Positions 1 through 8,506 of a stretch of 64,000 bases of DNA are shown piece by piece. Source of the DNA: a virus. The notes beneath the pieces were generated by a model. It did not search any database. It saw only the letters and a list, made by a program, of their open reading frames with translations, and was not told the origin of the DNA. The DNA lies in IMG/VR virus record IMGVR_UViG_3300045988_174371, positions 288,001 to 352,000 of that record. One strand, written 5' to 3'. Both the position numbers and the translations under genes were made by a program. The stretch's first letter is position 1. Every line of letters begins with the position of its first letter.

Positions 1-48
1 GTTATCGTTGCCGGTGTTGAACGAGAATACCGAAGGGGTCTGAGACAT
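1..48 (-). CDS. 5' end of an unknown gene running off the left edge (MSQTPSVFSFNTGNDN...)
   Basis: ATG at 46-48 on the minus strand with a GGAA-type SD a few nt upstream. Only 16 codons are visible. Confidence 0.3.
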   Translation of the reverse strand, partial: MSQTPSVFSFNTGNDN

Positions 49-119
49 TAGCTTATTTCCTTACTGTGGATAAAGGTTGTTAAGTAGTTTCACGAGGGAT
101 AAATACCTGCGATGGTTTT

Positions 120-128
120 ATTGTAGCA
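120..128 (-). promoter_or_regulatory. extended -10 box TGCTACAAT
   Basis: The minus strand reads TGcTACAAT, about 70 nt upstream of the ATG at 48 and just downstream of hairpin 151-192. Confidence 0.4.
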
Positions 129-150
129 CATAATTATATGAGTATTGCAA

Positions 151-192
151 ACGGGGGTGTATATGTGATTAAGACCTCATATACACCCCCGT
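151..192. terminator. hairpin terminator downstream of the zinc-ribbon gene
   Basis: Perfect 15-bp inverted repeat acgggggtgtatatg / catatacacccccgt with a 12-nt loop, 8 nt after the stop at 200. Confidence 0.6.
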
Positions 193-199
193 TCCCGTG

Positions 200-1267
200 C
201 TAGTTATTCGGTGGCTTAGGGAAATGCTCAATCTTCGCCCACGCCTGAGCCTCTATAACGTTCCAATACTTCCAGGTGAAAAGCAGGGCGTGTTCAGGTG
301 AAGGGTATACCTGCGCCCTATTAGATGCCTGAGACTTCGGACGATTCTCCCACCGCTTCCTACATGCCGGGCAACCCCGCATGAAAAGGCTTAGCGGCGC
401 AGGGCACACCCTACCATCAGTAGCTACATGCCCACACTTCACATGTACTTGCTCAATCAAATGCTGGTAATCTAGGTAATCAGCATAAGGAGTCGGTATC
501 CCTCGTAACCACTTGCGAGTATGCCTCTTCTGGCAAGACTCACACCCCTTGGTGAATGAATCCGCGTCTGCTCCGCACTCTTCACATAGGATAGGCTTCC
601 TGTGTTGCGGTCGGTAAGGGGTCGCATCCACTTCAATGGGCGCTACCCCGTCAGTGAGGAACACCTCAGAGTTGAGCGCGGAAATCCTCACCCACACCTG
701 CTTCATGGCAAGAGGAGTGACAACTTTCCCTGTATCCAGTACATACTGGTGGCTCTTAAAGCACGCATTGCATCCTGGCGAGAAAAGAGCTTCGGGCGCG
801 CAACAGACATTGCAGACATTAGTCGTAGCGCCACCCCCGTCCGCATAGTCCAGCATCTCCCTGAAGACGTGGCGGCTCGTACTAAACTTATTGCTATTCA
901 CGATACGCTCATAACATGCTAGACAGCTGGGCGTAGGAATAGACTCATCTGCTGTAGGGCACTCCATGCAGGGGGCATCCTCGCGCTGTTCACGGAAGGA
1001 AACCCATAGGGAGAAGTCGTACCCCTGCATATACCACCAGTAGTGGCGGTATTGGCACGCTTTACAACTCATGTTTAAGTCAAGGTGGTATGTGCCGCAA
1101 GGACAGTTGGAACCCATTGCGTCTCTGTATGCCATTGTTGCAGGGTAATCACTAGAGAGGCCCTTGAAATGAAGCCGTCGGTGTCGCTTAAAGCACTTCT
1201 GGCAGTCTGGGTCGATGGTTGGTGAATCCATAGACCAGCCGCACTCAGTGCAATATCGCTTTCCCAT
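200..1267 (-). CDS. cysteine-rich protein with six tandem zinc-ribbon-like modules
   Basis: Six repeats of C-x2-C ... C-x2-C-[FYQ]-[KE]-R-[HIW]: CTECGW..CQKCFKRH, CPCGTY..CKACQYRH, CMECPT..CLACYERI, CNVCCA..CNACFKSH, CEECGA..CESCQKRH, CGHVAT..CPACRKRW. The ORF is open to 1366, but the palindrome at 1321-1356 and an ATG at 1267 (MGKRYC) preceded by AAAGGGGGAA favour the shorter start. Confidence 0.7.
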   Translation of the reverse strand: MGKRYCTECGWSMDSPTIDPDCQKCFKRHRRLHFKGLSSDYPATMAYRDAMGSNCPCGTYHLDLNMSCKACQYRHYWWYMQGYDFSLWVSFREQREDAPCMECPTADESIPTPSCLACYERIVNSNKFSTSRHVFREMLDYADGGGATTNVCNVCCAPEALFSPGCNACFKSHQYVLDTGKVVTPLAMKQVWVRISALNSEVFLTDGVAPIEVDATPYRPQHRKPILCEECGADADSFTKGCESCQKRHTRKWLRGIPTPYADYLDYQHLIEQVHVKCGHVATDGRVCPAPLSLFMRGCPACRKRWENRPKSQASNRAQVYPSPEHALLFTWKYWNVIEAQAWAKIEHFPKPPNN

Positions 1268-1320
1268 AAAGTGTGCGTTCCCCCTTTCTGAAACTGATAT
1301 TGAAACCTTTAGGGATAGCT

Positions 1321-1356
1321 GGAGGGGGTTACCAGTCATGACTGGTAACCCCCTCC
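1321..1356. other. 36-nt perfect palindrome (stem-loop without U-tract) between secA and the next gene
   Basis: ggagggggttaccagtca|tgactggtaaccccctcc. There is no U-run on either side. It lies downstream of the -10 box at 1381-1389 and upstream of the ATG at 1267. Confidence 0.7.
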
Positions 1357-1380
1357 ACACTAGCACTTCAAGTATACCAC

Positions 1381-1389
1381 CAAAATAGG
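1381..1389 (-). promoter_or_regulatory. extended -10 box TGGTATACT
   Basis: The minus strand reads TGgTATACT. It sits between the secA stop (1406) and the palindrome. Confidence 0.45.
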
Positions 1390-1405
1390 TGGCGTATGAG
1401 CAATC

Positions 1406-4400
1406 CTACTTGCGCTCGCCTAGCAGAATCTTCATGAAAGTGCGCTTCACAAAGACAGTGTTCATCTGGTTATACATGTCGCCAGCTTCAAGCTTATATT
1501 CAATCTTCGGGTCTTTCTGCGCGTAAGCCCTCATCCCGATACCTTCCTTGAGGTAATCCAGCTCTGCGAGGTGTGCAATCCACTCCTCATCAATTGCGGT
1601 CAATGCGGCAAGTCGAGCCGTCGTCGCGGCAAGGTCACGCGCCACCTCAACCCGCATGTCCCACTGTTGCTCGGCGGCTGACACAAGCTCCCTCACCAAC
1701 ACTTCCTGCGTCAGCTCAGTAGCCGTCGGGTACTCCTCCAACAAGTCCTTAGGACTAATCGAAGGCTTCCAATCCAGCTCCTCGTAAAGGTGCTTCCAGA
1801 GCCCCTGCAAGTCCCAGTCATCCAAATGCTGACCATTATCTGCAAGCCACTGCTCTACGGCAACCGTAACGGCTCCTTCCAAGAACCATAGGGTCTGGTC
1901 TAGAGTGAAGTCAGTATCACCATGCAAGAGCTTCTTGCGTTCTGAGTACGTCTTCTCACGCTGTTTCGTGAGTACGTCATCATATTCCAGAGTGCTCTTG
2001 CGCCCTTCCCTGTGCCTGCCATCAATTGCCGCCTGTGCATTCTCAATGGCTTTGGAGAGAACCTTGCCGGAAAGCGGCATGTCAGGGGACTTCGCCATAA
2101 CGCGCCTAATTCCTTCCACCTGTCGCGGGCTGTAAAAGCGTAGCAATTCATCGTCAAGAGAGAGGAAGAACTTACTGCGCCCTGGGTCTCCCTGCCTGCC
2201 GGAACGACCAATAAGCTGGTTGTCGATACGGCGGGAATCGTGCCTTGCGGTACCTATCACATACAAGCCGCCAAGCTCACGTACAAGCTCAGCTTCCTGC
2301 GCCACCTTCTTATCCATGATGGGCTGGATTGCCTGCCGCTGTTCTTCGTAAGCCGTGGGCGTATGCTCAGGGGTTAGCCCCATAATTTGCATCTGCTCTT
2401 CAACTAGCATGTCCGCGCTACCACCCAGTAGAATATCGGTGCCTCGACCTGCCATGTTGGTAGATACGGTGACGGCTCCCAGGCGACCTGCTTGGGCGAT
2501 AATGTGGGCTTCCTGCTCCACGTGTTTTGCGTTCAGGACGTTGTGGTTAATACCAGCGGCGGTTAGCATCCTGGAAAGCTTCTCGGAAGCTGAAACGCTG
2601 GTTGTGCCGATAAGGATAGGCTGTACCATGCGGCGCTTCTCACCATCAGGTGTCGTATAGAACTCGTCAGTGTCCTCATGAAGGGCTTTAATCTCCTGCA
2701 CAACAGCCTGGAACTTCTTAGCCTCAGAAATGTATATTTCATCTGCCAAGTCCACACGTTGCTTCTCCTTGTTCGGGGGAATAGTGCGGACAGCCAGGTT
2801 GTAGGTTGCCGCAAGCTCCGCCGCCTCAGAAGCCGCTGTACCAGTCATCCCAGACATCTTCTCGTAAAGTCGGAAGAAGTTCTGAAGGGTGATGGTCGCT
2901 ACTGTCGGGTTCTCAGGCTGAATCTGAACCTGCATATTGCCGTTACGTCGCTCTTTCGCTTCAAGTGCCTGGTGTAGACCATGACTGTAGCGGCGACCTT
3001 CCATCGCGCGCCCAGTGTGCTCATCGACAATCATCACTTCAGCACCCTGAATAATATAGTCCTTACCCAGAGTGTAGAGAGTTTCCGCTTTGAGGGCGGC
3101 GTTGAGGAAGGTGAGCAATTCGCTGTGGGTGCTAAAAATTGCGTTCTCTTTACCCCCAAGCTGGTTCTCTATCTCGTCGTAACCTGCGTCAAGGAACTCT
3201 GCTGTACGCTTCTTCAAGTCGAAAACGTAATGAACATCCGGCTTGAGGCTACCAACAATACTGGCACTAGCAGTAAACCATTTCTCGGCGGTTGCCGCGT
3301 CTCCTGCCGGGGCGGAGATGATAAGCGGAGTACCTGCCTCATCAATAAGGATTGAATCCAGCTCGTCAATGATGACGTAGTTCAGCTCACGTTGGACAAG
3401 CTCGTTAGGGCTCTTAGCGATATTGTCTCGCAGGTAATCAAAGCCAAACTGGTTATTCGTGCCATACACAATGTCGCGCGCATAGATGCCCTGCCGTTCC
3501 TCAGGCGACATCTGCTCCTGAATAGCCCCATGAGTGAGTCCCAGGAAAGAATAGACGCGACCCATCTGCTCCTCCTGCTCACGGGCAAGGTAGTCATTAG
3601 TGGTCACAAGGTGAGCACCTTTGCCAGTCAAGGCATTAAGGTACATTGGGGCTACCGCCGTAAGCGTGTTATGGGTGACGATATGGTCACCCGCGAGGAA
3701 CAGATGAGTGGGGTGGGTGACAGTGAAGCAAACCTGCTCAGCTGACCTACCTAGGTTCTCTACAGCAATAATACCCACCTTGCTCTTAGGCTTCTTATTG
3801 ATGTCTACAGCCCAAGCCAGTACACCTGATGAGGGATAGACGCAGGCGTGCCACCCCATAGAGCGCGCGACCCATGCAATAGAGTCCGCCGCCGCCTCAG
3901 ACCAGGCGAGCGCAGTCAGCTTATTGGACTCCTGACGGACAGCCAAATGCTTCATAAGGAGCGCAATCTGTTTCTCTGACCCTGAAAGATGATGGGAGCC
4001 GAAAGGCATCGCTGGGTAGATGGTGTTAGCCAGAATATCGTTCAGGTTACAGTCATCCGGCAAAGCCTGCAAAGCGGTGATGTTTACCTGGTAGTGGGTA
4101 CAGCTATTGTCGTAATCCGTGGTTTCAATAATAGCCCCTTCATCGATAAGCTCGCGCAGTTTCGTCCAAGCGGGGCTAGAATCGCCTGTATGCTGGTTTC
4201 TGGAGTAGCCTAGGTAAATAGAGGTGAAGGTCGTTGAGGGGTCTAGAATGGACGATACATGCCCTGACGTTGGCATTTTAGAGGCAGTTGCACCCTGCAT
4301 GGGAATGAAAAGCCTCTCGCCTGCATCCAATCGCTCAATAATCTCACCCGTGGTGACAGTCTCATACGAGTTGTACTTACCACGTACATCCCATAGGTGC

Positions 4401-4909
4401 TCCAGGTTACAGTCAATAAACCTGCCGTCTTCAAAGTGGACACGGTAGACCTGCTGAGAGCCCTGCGGGAACACCCCACTAACCACAGTGAGCTCACCCG
4501 AACCAGCATAGATAGTGTCACCCACGCTAATCTCCCCCGCCGGGATAGCGCCCTCAGGGGTGGGGATGAGCGTATCAGTAGTAACCGCCTTGCCTTCACC
4601 AGTGCCCATTTCTGCGACCTGCCCGAAATGCAGAGCAATTCCACCTAGGAGCTGTACAGGGTACTGCTTCTTGCCAAGAACACGGTTAGATGCTTCGCGA
4701 GCGACGGCAAACGCCTCAGGAAGAAGGATGTCTAGGCTTTCGCCTGCGGTGACCCTATCTTTAAAATCGTCAGTCTGAGAACGCAACTCAGCATCAGACA
4801 TCTCCTCATACACTGGCTCTAGGTCTAGGATGGCTTTCACTAGCTCCTGGGCGCGCTTCTCTTCACGGCGCTCACCAAAACGCAAAGCCTTCTCAATAGG
4901 ATTAACCAA
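1406..4909 (-). CDS. secA: preprotein translocase ATPase SecA, intein-containing precursor (860-aa extein + 307-aa intein)
   Basis: SecA N-terminal signature ([43 protein letters not shown]). After removing the intein the P-loop region reads [32 protein letters not shown]. DEAD-like box [20 protein letters not shown], and [10 protein letters not shown] in motor domain 2. Confidence 0.93.
   Translation of the reverse strand: [1167 protein letters not shown]
3668..4588 (-). mobile_element. intein (307 aa) inserted in the SecA Walker A loop; class-3-like
   Basis: Inserted between GEGK and T. Block A is [13 protein letters not shown] (Ala1). Block B is NLEHLW, with Trp two residues after His. 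Block F is QVCFTV, with Cys at the usual Asp position. Block G is IVTHN followed by +1 Thr. The central ~150 aa look like a degenerate endonuclease region. Confidence 0.85.
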
Positions 4910-4962
4910 TGACGTAAGTCCCTTCCAAAATCATTGCGGTGTTTCCTGCATGTAACTAACCC

Positions 4963-4971
4963 ATTGTACCA
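4963..4971 (-). promoter_or_regulatory. extended -10 box TGGTACAAT upstream of secA
   Basis: The minus strand reads TGgTACAAT, about 55 nt upstream of the secA ATG (4909). Confidence 0.45.
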
Positions 4972-5059
4972 AACTTCCAGAATGAATATATCCCCGAAAT
5001 AAGGGGTTGTTCAGCTATGAGTATAGGAGATTCCCTGTAAGACCAACCTCTAGGTAATA

Positions 5060-5440
5060 ATGATTCGAACTCTCCTTCACAAACTTAACCTGCCCGCCAG
5101 TGAGCTAACCCTGATGACCCTTGGGGCTGTCGCATACATTATTGCCGCCGCATGGCTATCGGTACAGCTGGAAAACCCCGTACTGCCGCTCCTGGCGCTC
5201 GTTGCTGTAGGGGTTACTCTGAGGCAGACACTCAAGGCAGATGATAGCTACATATTCATGCTCATACTTACCTTCTCCGCTTATGGTGGGGTGTCGCTGT
5301 TTGCGGCGGCGGATGGAGCGCGTCGCGGCGACCCGTTCGGCGCGGTTGCAGTGCTTCTTGGTGGCGCTCTTATCCAAGCCGCCGGTAACGCTGTCGCAAC
5401 CCACCCCATGAGCACAGGACACGCTGACCACTCCGAGTAG
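5060..5440 (+). CDS. small integral membrane protein (about 4 TM segments)
   Basis: Four hydrophobic stretches (LMTLGAVAYIIAAAWL, VLPLLALVAVGVTL, IFMLILTFSAYGGVSLFAAA, AVAVLLGGALIQAAG). A perfect terminator follows. The SD is weak. Confidence 0.55.
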   Translation: MIRTLLHKLNLPASELTLMTLGAVAYIIAAAWLSVQLENPVLPLLALVAVGVTLRQTLKADDSYIFMLILTFSAYGGVSLFAAADGARRGDPFGAVAVLLGGALIQAAGNAVATHPMSTGHADHSE

Positions 5441-5441
5441 C

Positions 5442-5492
5442 AATAAGAAGGGAGCCCCTAAAGAATTATCTCTTTAGGGGCTCCCTTCTTAT
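5442..5492. terminator. bidirectional intrinsic terminator
   Basis: 22-bp inverted repeat aataagaagggagcccctaaag / ctttaggggctcccttcttatt with U-rich ends on both strands. It lies between the plus-strand gene and tRNA-Ser. Confidence 0.8.
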
Positions 5493-5584
5493 TGGCGGTG
5501 CCGACAGGATTCGAACCTGCGAGCGCCTTTTACAGCGCTACCTCATTAGCAGTGAGGCTCTTTAAACCACTCAGACACGGCACC
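5493..5584 (-). tRNA. tRNA-Ser(GCU), encoded CCA
   Basis: The reverse complement folds as a cloverleaf: GGTGCCG acceptor, anticodon loop CTGCTAA, long variable arm, T-loop GGTTCGAATCC, 3' GCCA. Confidence 0.9.
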
Positions 5585-5624
5585 AGGCGAAGGTAACTGC
5601 TACCCAGCTACCAACACATTATTC

Positions 5625-5633
5625 AGTATAGCA
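5625..5633 (-). promoter_or_regulatory. extended -10 box TGCTATACT upstream of tRNA-Ser
   Basis: The minus strand reads TGcTATACT, about 40 nt upstream of the mature tRNA 5' end. Confidence 0.5.
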
Positions 5634-5662
5634 GAGTATTGCTACATCTGCAAGTATTGCCA

Positions 5663-6103
5663 TCACGACGGTGAATGCATCAGTATGTTATCTGCAATCG
5701 CATCAGCCAAGCCAGCGTACTCGACTGACAGGGTAAGCAGACCTGCATCATAGAGTACCTTCTCAGGGTTCTCCAAAGCGCCGAAGCTTTGCAGGTCTTC
5801 ATCGGGAACACTGAACCTATCCACACCCTCTTCCAGACCAGGGATGGCGACAGCATTAAGAGCTGACTCTGCGCGAGTATACCACTTGCGAATATCCGCT
5901 TCATTAAGTTCGGCTACCTGGGTGGCGACACTAATCGCTCGCTCCAGCTCTTTAAAAAGCTTGTCCATGTTGGTTTGGAGAAGCTGTTCCTTGATGAACA
6001 GAATGGTATCGCGGTCAATGTTGGAGGTAAGCTCTCGCACGTCCTGCATGGGCTGGAATACGTTTGTGAGGGGTGAATCTGCGAGCTCAAAGACAGTAGT
6101 CAT
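5663..6103 (-). CDS. hypothetical protein (146 aa)
   Basis: Co-directional ORF with no recognisable motif. Confidence 0.6.
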   Translation of the reverse strand: MTTVFELADSPLTNVFQPMQDVRELTSNIDRDTILFIKEQLLQTNMDKLFKELERAISVATQVAELNEADIRKWYTRAESALNAVAIPGLEEGVDRFSVPDEDLQSFGALENPEKVLYDAGLLTLSVEYAGLADAIADNILMHSPS

Positions 6104-6126
6104 GGTGTTCCTTATGATTTGGCAAA

Positions 6127-6516
6127 CTATGCTTTCAACGCCTCTTCCCAGCTAGTAAGCTGAGTGTTCAGGTCTTCGCCCGCGTAACCTTCCATGATGT
6201 CCATGAATGATTCAGCGGGGACGGGGACAATCTTCTTATCCAAGTCGTATACCGAAGAGTATACCACATTTTCTGGCGGCTGACCAGTGGCTCTGATGAT
6301 GACCGCTACACCTGACATGCTGGCGACGCTAGTCACATAAGGTGAAACGACATAATCGTCCGCTAGTGCCACTCCGACGGCATCCTGAATGTACTTGTCG
6401 AGCTTCGAGCTACTATCGCTCGTGAACGCAACGTTAATCTCAGGAGTAATAGCGGCGGGGTCGAGGTTGCGGGTGGATACAGTGCAGATAGCCTTCTTGA
6501 AATGAGTGTCACTCAT
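6127..6516 (-). CDS. hypothetical protein (about 129 aa)
   Basis: ATG at 6516 (MSDTHF) preceded by GAAAGGAAAG. The ORF track start at 6531 has no SD. Confidence 0.6.
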   Translation of the reverse strand: MSDTHFKKAICTVSTRNLDPAAITPEINVAFTSDSSSKLDKYIQDAVGVALADDYVVSPYVTSVASMSGVAVIIRATGQPPENVVYSSVYDLDKKIVPVPAESFMDIMEGYAGEDLNTQLTSWEEALKA

Positions 6517-6538
6517 TATCTTTCCTTTCACAAAGAGG

Positions 6539-6583
6539 TTACCGCAGGTAAGAAGAGAAAGGGTCTCTTGGTACCTGCGGTAA
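6539..6583. terminator. long hairpin downstream of tRNA-Gly
   Basis: ttaccgcaggta ... tacctgcggtaa with an inner aagaga/tctctt sub-stem. Confidence 0.55.
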
Positions 6584-6603
6584 CATGAACTTATATTCTA
6601 GCG

Positions 6604-6674
6604 AGCGGCTGACGGGAATCGAACCCGCGTATCAGGCTTGGGAAGCGTGCGCTCTACCATTGAGCTACAGCCGC
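6604..6674 (-). tRNA. tRNA-Gly(CCC)
   Basis: The reverse complement is GCGGCTGTAGCTCAATGGTAGAGC..TTCCCAA..GCGGGTTCGATTCCCGTCAGCCGCT. There is one C-C mismatch in the anticodon stem and no encoded CCA. Confidence 0.85.
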
Positions 6675-6687
6675 ATTGATAGAATCA

Positions 6688-6696
6688 ACTATAGCA
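6688..6696 (-). promoter_or_regulatory. extended -10 box TGCTATAGT upstream of tRNA-Gly
   Basis: The minus strand reads TGcTATAGT, 14 nt upstream of the mature tRNA 5' end. Confidence 0.5.
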
Positions 6697-6718
6697 CACC
6701 CAAAAAGAAGATGCAAAC

Positions 6719-7948
6719 CTACTTCTTTAAATGCCCCATAAGGCACCCACCAACTAGGAATGCGAGGCGCGGAGGAACAGCATTGCCAACCTGCCGATAC
6801 TGAGCTGTAACACCGCCCTCAAAACGCCAATCATCAGGGAAAGTCTGAACCCTAGCCGCCTCACGAACCGTCAATGGGCGTGTCTCCGTAGGGTGGCAAC
6901 GCTCAGTTCGCCTTTGTGCCGGGGATGCAAGAATTGTGAGACTAGGCTCACCCCAAGCTAGACGCTTAGCTGTCCCTGAGTATGAGCCGTCTACACCGCC
7001 CTTGCCGTTAGTTAGCTCACGCTGTAGCTCTTCTGGCAAGTCCTTCCAGTTGCCGCCCTCAGGAACTTGCCGCATAATTTCATATTTTGCGGGGCTGTAG
7101 GTTACACCCGCCGATTCAGGAACCCCTTCTAGCGCGCTTCTGAGAGGGACAACGCCGCTCTCATATTCGGGAAAAGTGAAACCTGATGGGTTGAGCTGGT
7201 CGTCTCTGATGCCAACAATGATGAGCCTATCACGCTTCTGTGGGATACCCAACCAGTGACTTTTAAGCACCTCGTAATGTATGACGTACTTATGACCTTG
7301 GGGAGTCTCTGCTTCCAGTGCCTCCTTAATGGTTGCCCATGTACGTCCCTTATCGTTAGTCAGCAGTCCGGGGACGTTCTCGGCAATAAATGCCTTTGGC
7401 TCTATCTCGTGGACTGCGCGTAAGTAGTGGTGAAAAAGTGTTCCGCGCGTGTCCGCAAAACCAGCCCTACCCCCGGCGTAGCTGAATGGCTGGCATGGGA
7501 ACCCGCCTTCCAATACGTCTATGCGCCCGCGAAGATGAGTGAAGTCTGTCTGAGTTATATCTGCCTGCGCCACGTCCCAGTGTGGGCGGTTTGCCTGCAA
7601 TGTGGCAGATGCCGCTTTATCCAGTTCGTAACACCCGCTAATGCTGTAGCCCGCTTTCTCTAACCCTAATGCGGAGCCGCCCGCCCCTGCAAAGAGCGAG
7701 CACGCCGTAAAACCATTCACAGGCTCTTGGGGAAGAACTGAGTCGATGTACCTGCGTTTACCCGTTTTCAATTGAGCGTATGAGTTTGCAGAGATTACTT
7801 TTACTCGCTCACCCTCGATAACCTTAGTTTCGGTTACCTTCAGAAGGTCTTTCAGGACTAGGCGGTGGAGCTTCCTCTGCGTCTCGGCAGAGCCTATATC
7901 CAAAGCAATGTTGGGTGGAAGTAGCGCATCAAGGATGTATCGAGTCAT
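6719..7948 (-). CDS. DNA (cytosine-5)-methyltransferase
   Basis: Motif I FAGAGG, motif IV GFPCQPFS, motif VI ENVPGL, motif VIII QKRDR, C-terminal RPLTVREAARVQTFPDDW and GNAVPP. The start is taken at MTRYILD (7948). No SD is present, so the mRNA may be leaderless. Confidence 0.9.
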   Translation of the reverse strand: MTRYILDALLPPNIALDIGSAETQRKLHRLVLKDLLKVTETKVIEGERVKVISANSYAQLKTGKRRYIDSVLPQEPVNGFTACSLFAGAGGSALGLEKAGYSISGCYELDKAASATLQANRPHWDVAQADITQTDFTHLRGRIDVLEGGFPCQPFSYAGGRAGFADTRGTLFHHYLRAVHEIEPKAFIAENVPGLLTNDKGRTWATIKEALEAETPQGHKYVIHYEVLKSHWLGIPQKRDRLIIVGIRDDQLNPSGFTFPEYESGVVPLRSALEGVPESAGVTYSPAKYEIMRQVPEGGNWKDLPEELQRELTNGKGGVDGSYSGTAKRLAWGEPSLTILASPAQRRTERCHPTETRPLTVREAARVQTFPDDWRFEGGVTAQYRQVGNAVPPRLAFLVGGCLMGHLKK

Positions 7949-7987
7949 ACCTATAAAATAGCGGCACAACCCCATTGCAGGCACAAC

Positions 7988-8025
7988 AAAGCCCGCCCCT
8001 CTACTAGCGAGAAGGAGCGGGCTTT
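7988..8025. terminator. hairpin downstream of the membrane-protein ORF
   Basis: aaagcccgc ... gcgggcttt. Confidence 0.5.
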
Positions 8026-8032
8026 AACGGTG

Positions 8033-8362
8033 TTAGCGCCTAATGACGGCGAGAGCCATTGCCGTTGCCGCATCATACAGTAGACGCGAAGTGAGCATAT
8101 AAGCAGGCACGGATACAGCCAAGCCTCCCAAAATCATAAAGGACGCAAGATAAGGGGACATAGCCACCAGCCCCATACCGCCGAGAGCATAAGTCGCAAA
8201 CACAATAATGTATGCGGAAATGAGGACAATCGCCGCAATTGCAACCACACCCACAATATCCTTACCAAGGCACTTGAAGAAACCCTTCAAAGTATCGGTC
8301 GGGTAAGGCTTAAATGCGAGGCGGATAGGGATAGCTAGGGGGAAGTGAATGAGCGCTATCAT
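8033..8362 (-). CDS. membrane protein, possibly the 3' part of a gene split by the TnpB element
   Basis: Multi-TM ORF. The frame stays open with TM-like sequence (ANVAVIVTLIGFYLAIISDILGW) for 48 more codons, up to the tnpB stop at 8507-8509, with no ATG, GTG or TTG in that stretch. Confidence 0.55.
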   Translation of the reverse strand: MIALIHFPLAIPIRLAFKPYPTDTLKGFFKCLGKDIVGVVAIAAIVLISAYIIVFATYALGGMGLVAMSPYLASFMILGGLAVSVPAYMLTSRLLYDAATAMALAVIRR

Positions 8363-8506
8363 GCCAGCGTAACGAGCAACCTCACCTGCAAGCTCCCATC
8401 CTGAAGCTCCCGTAGTAACACGCCACCCCAGGATGTCAGAAATGATAGCCAGATAGAAGCCGATTAGCGTGACGATAACGGCAACATTGGCGCAACGCCT
8501 AGCGTA

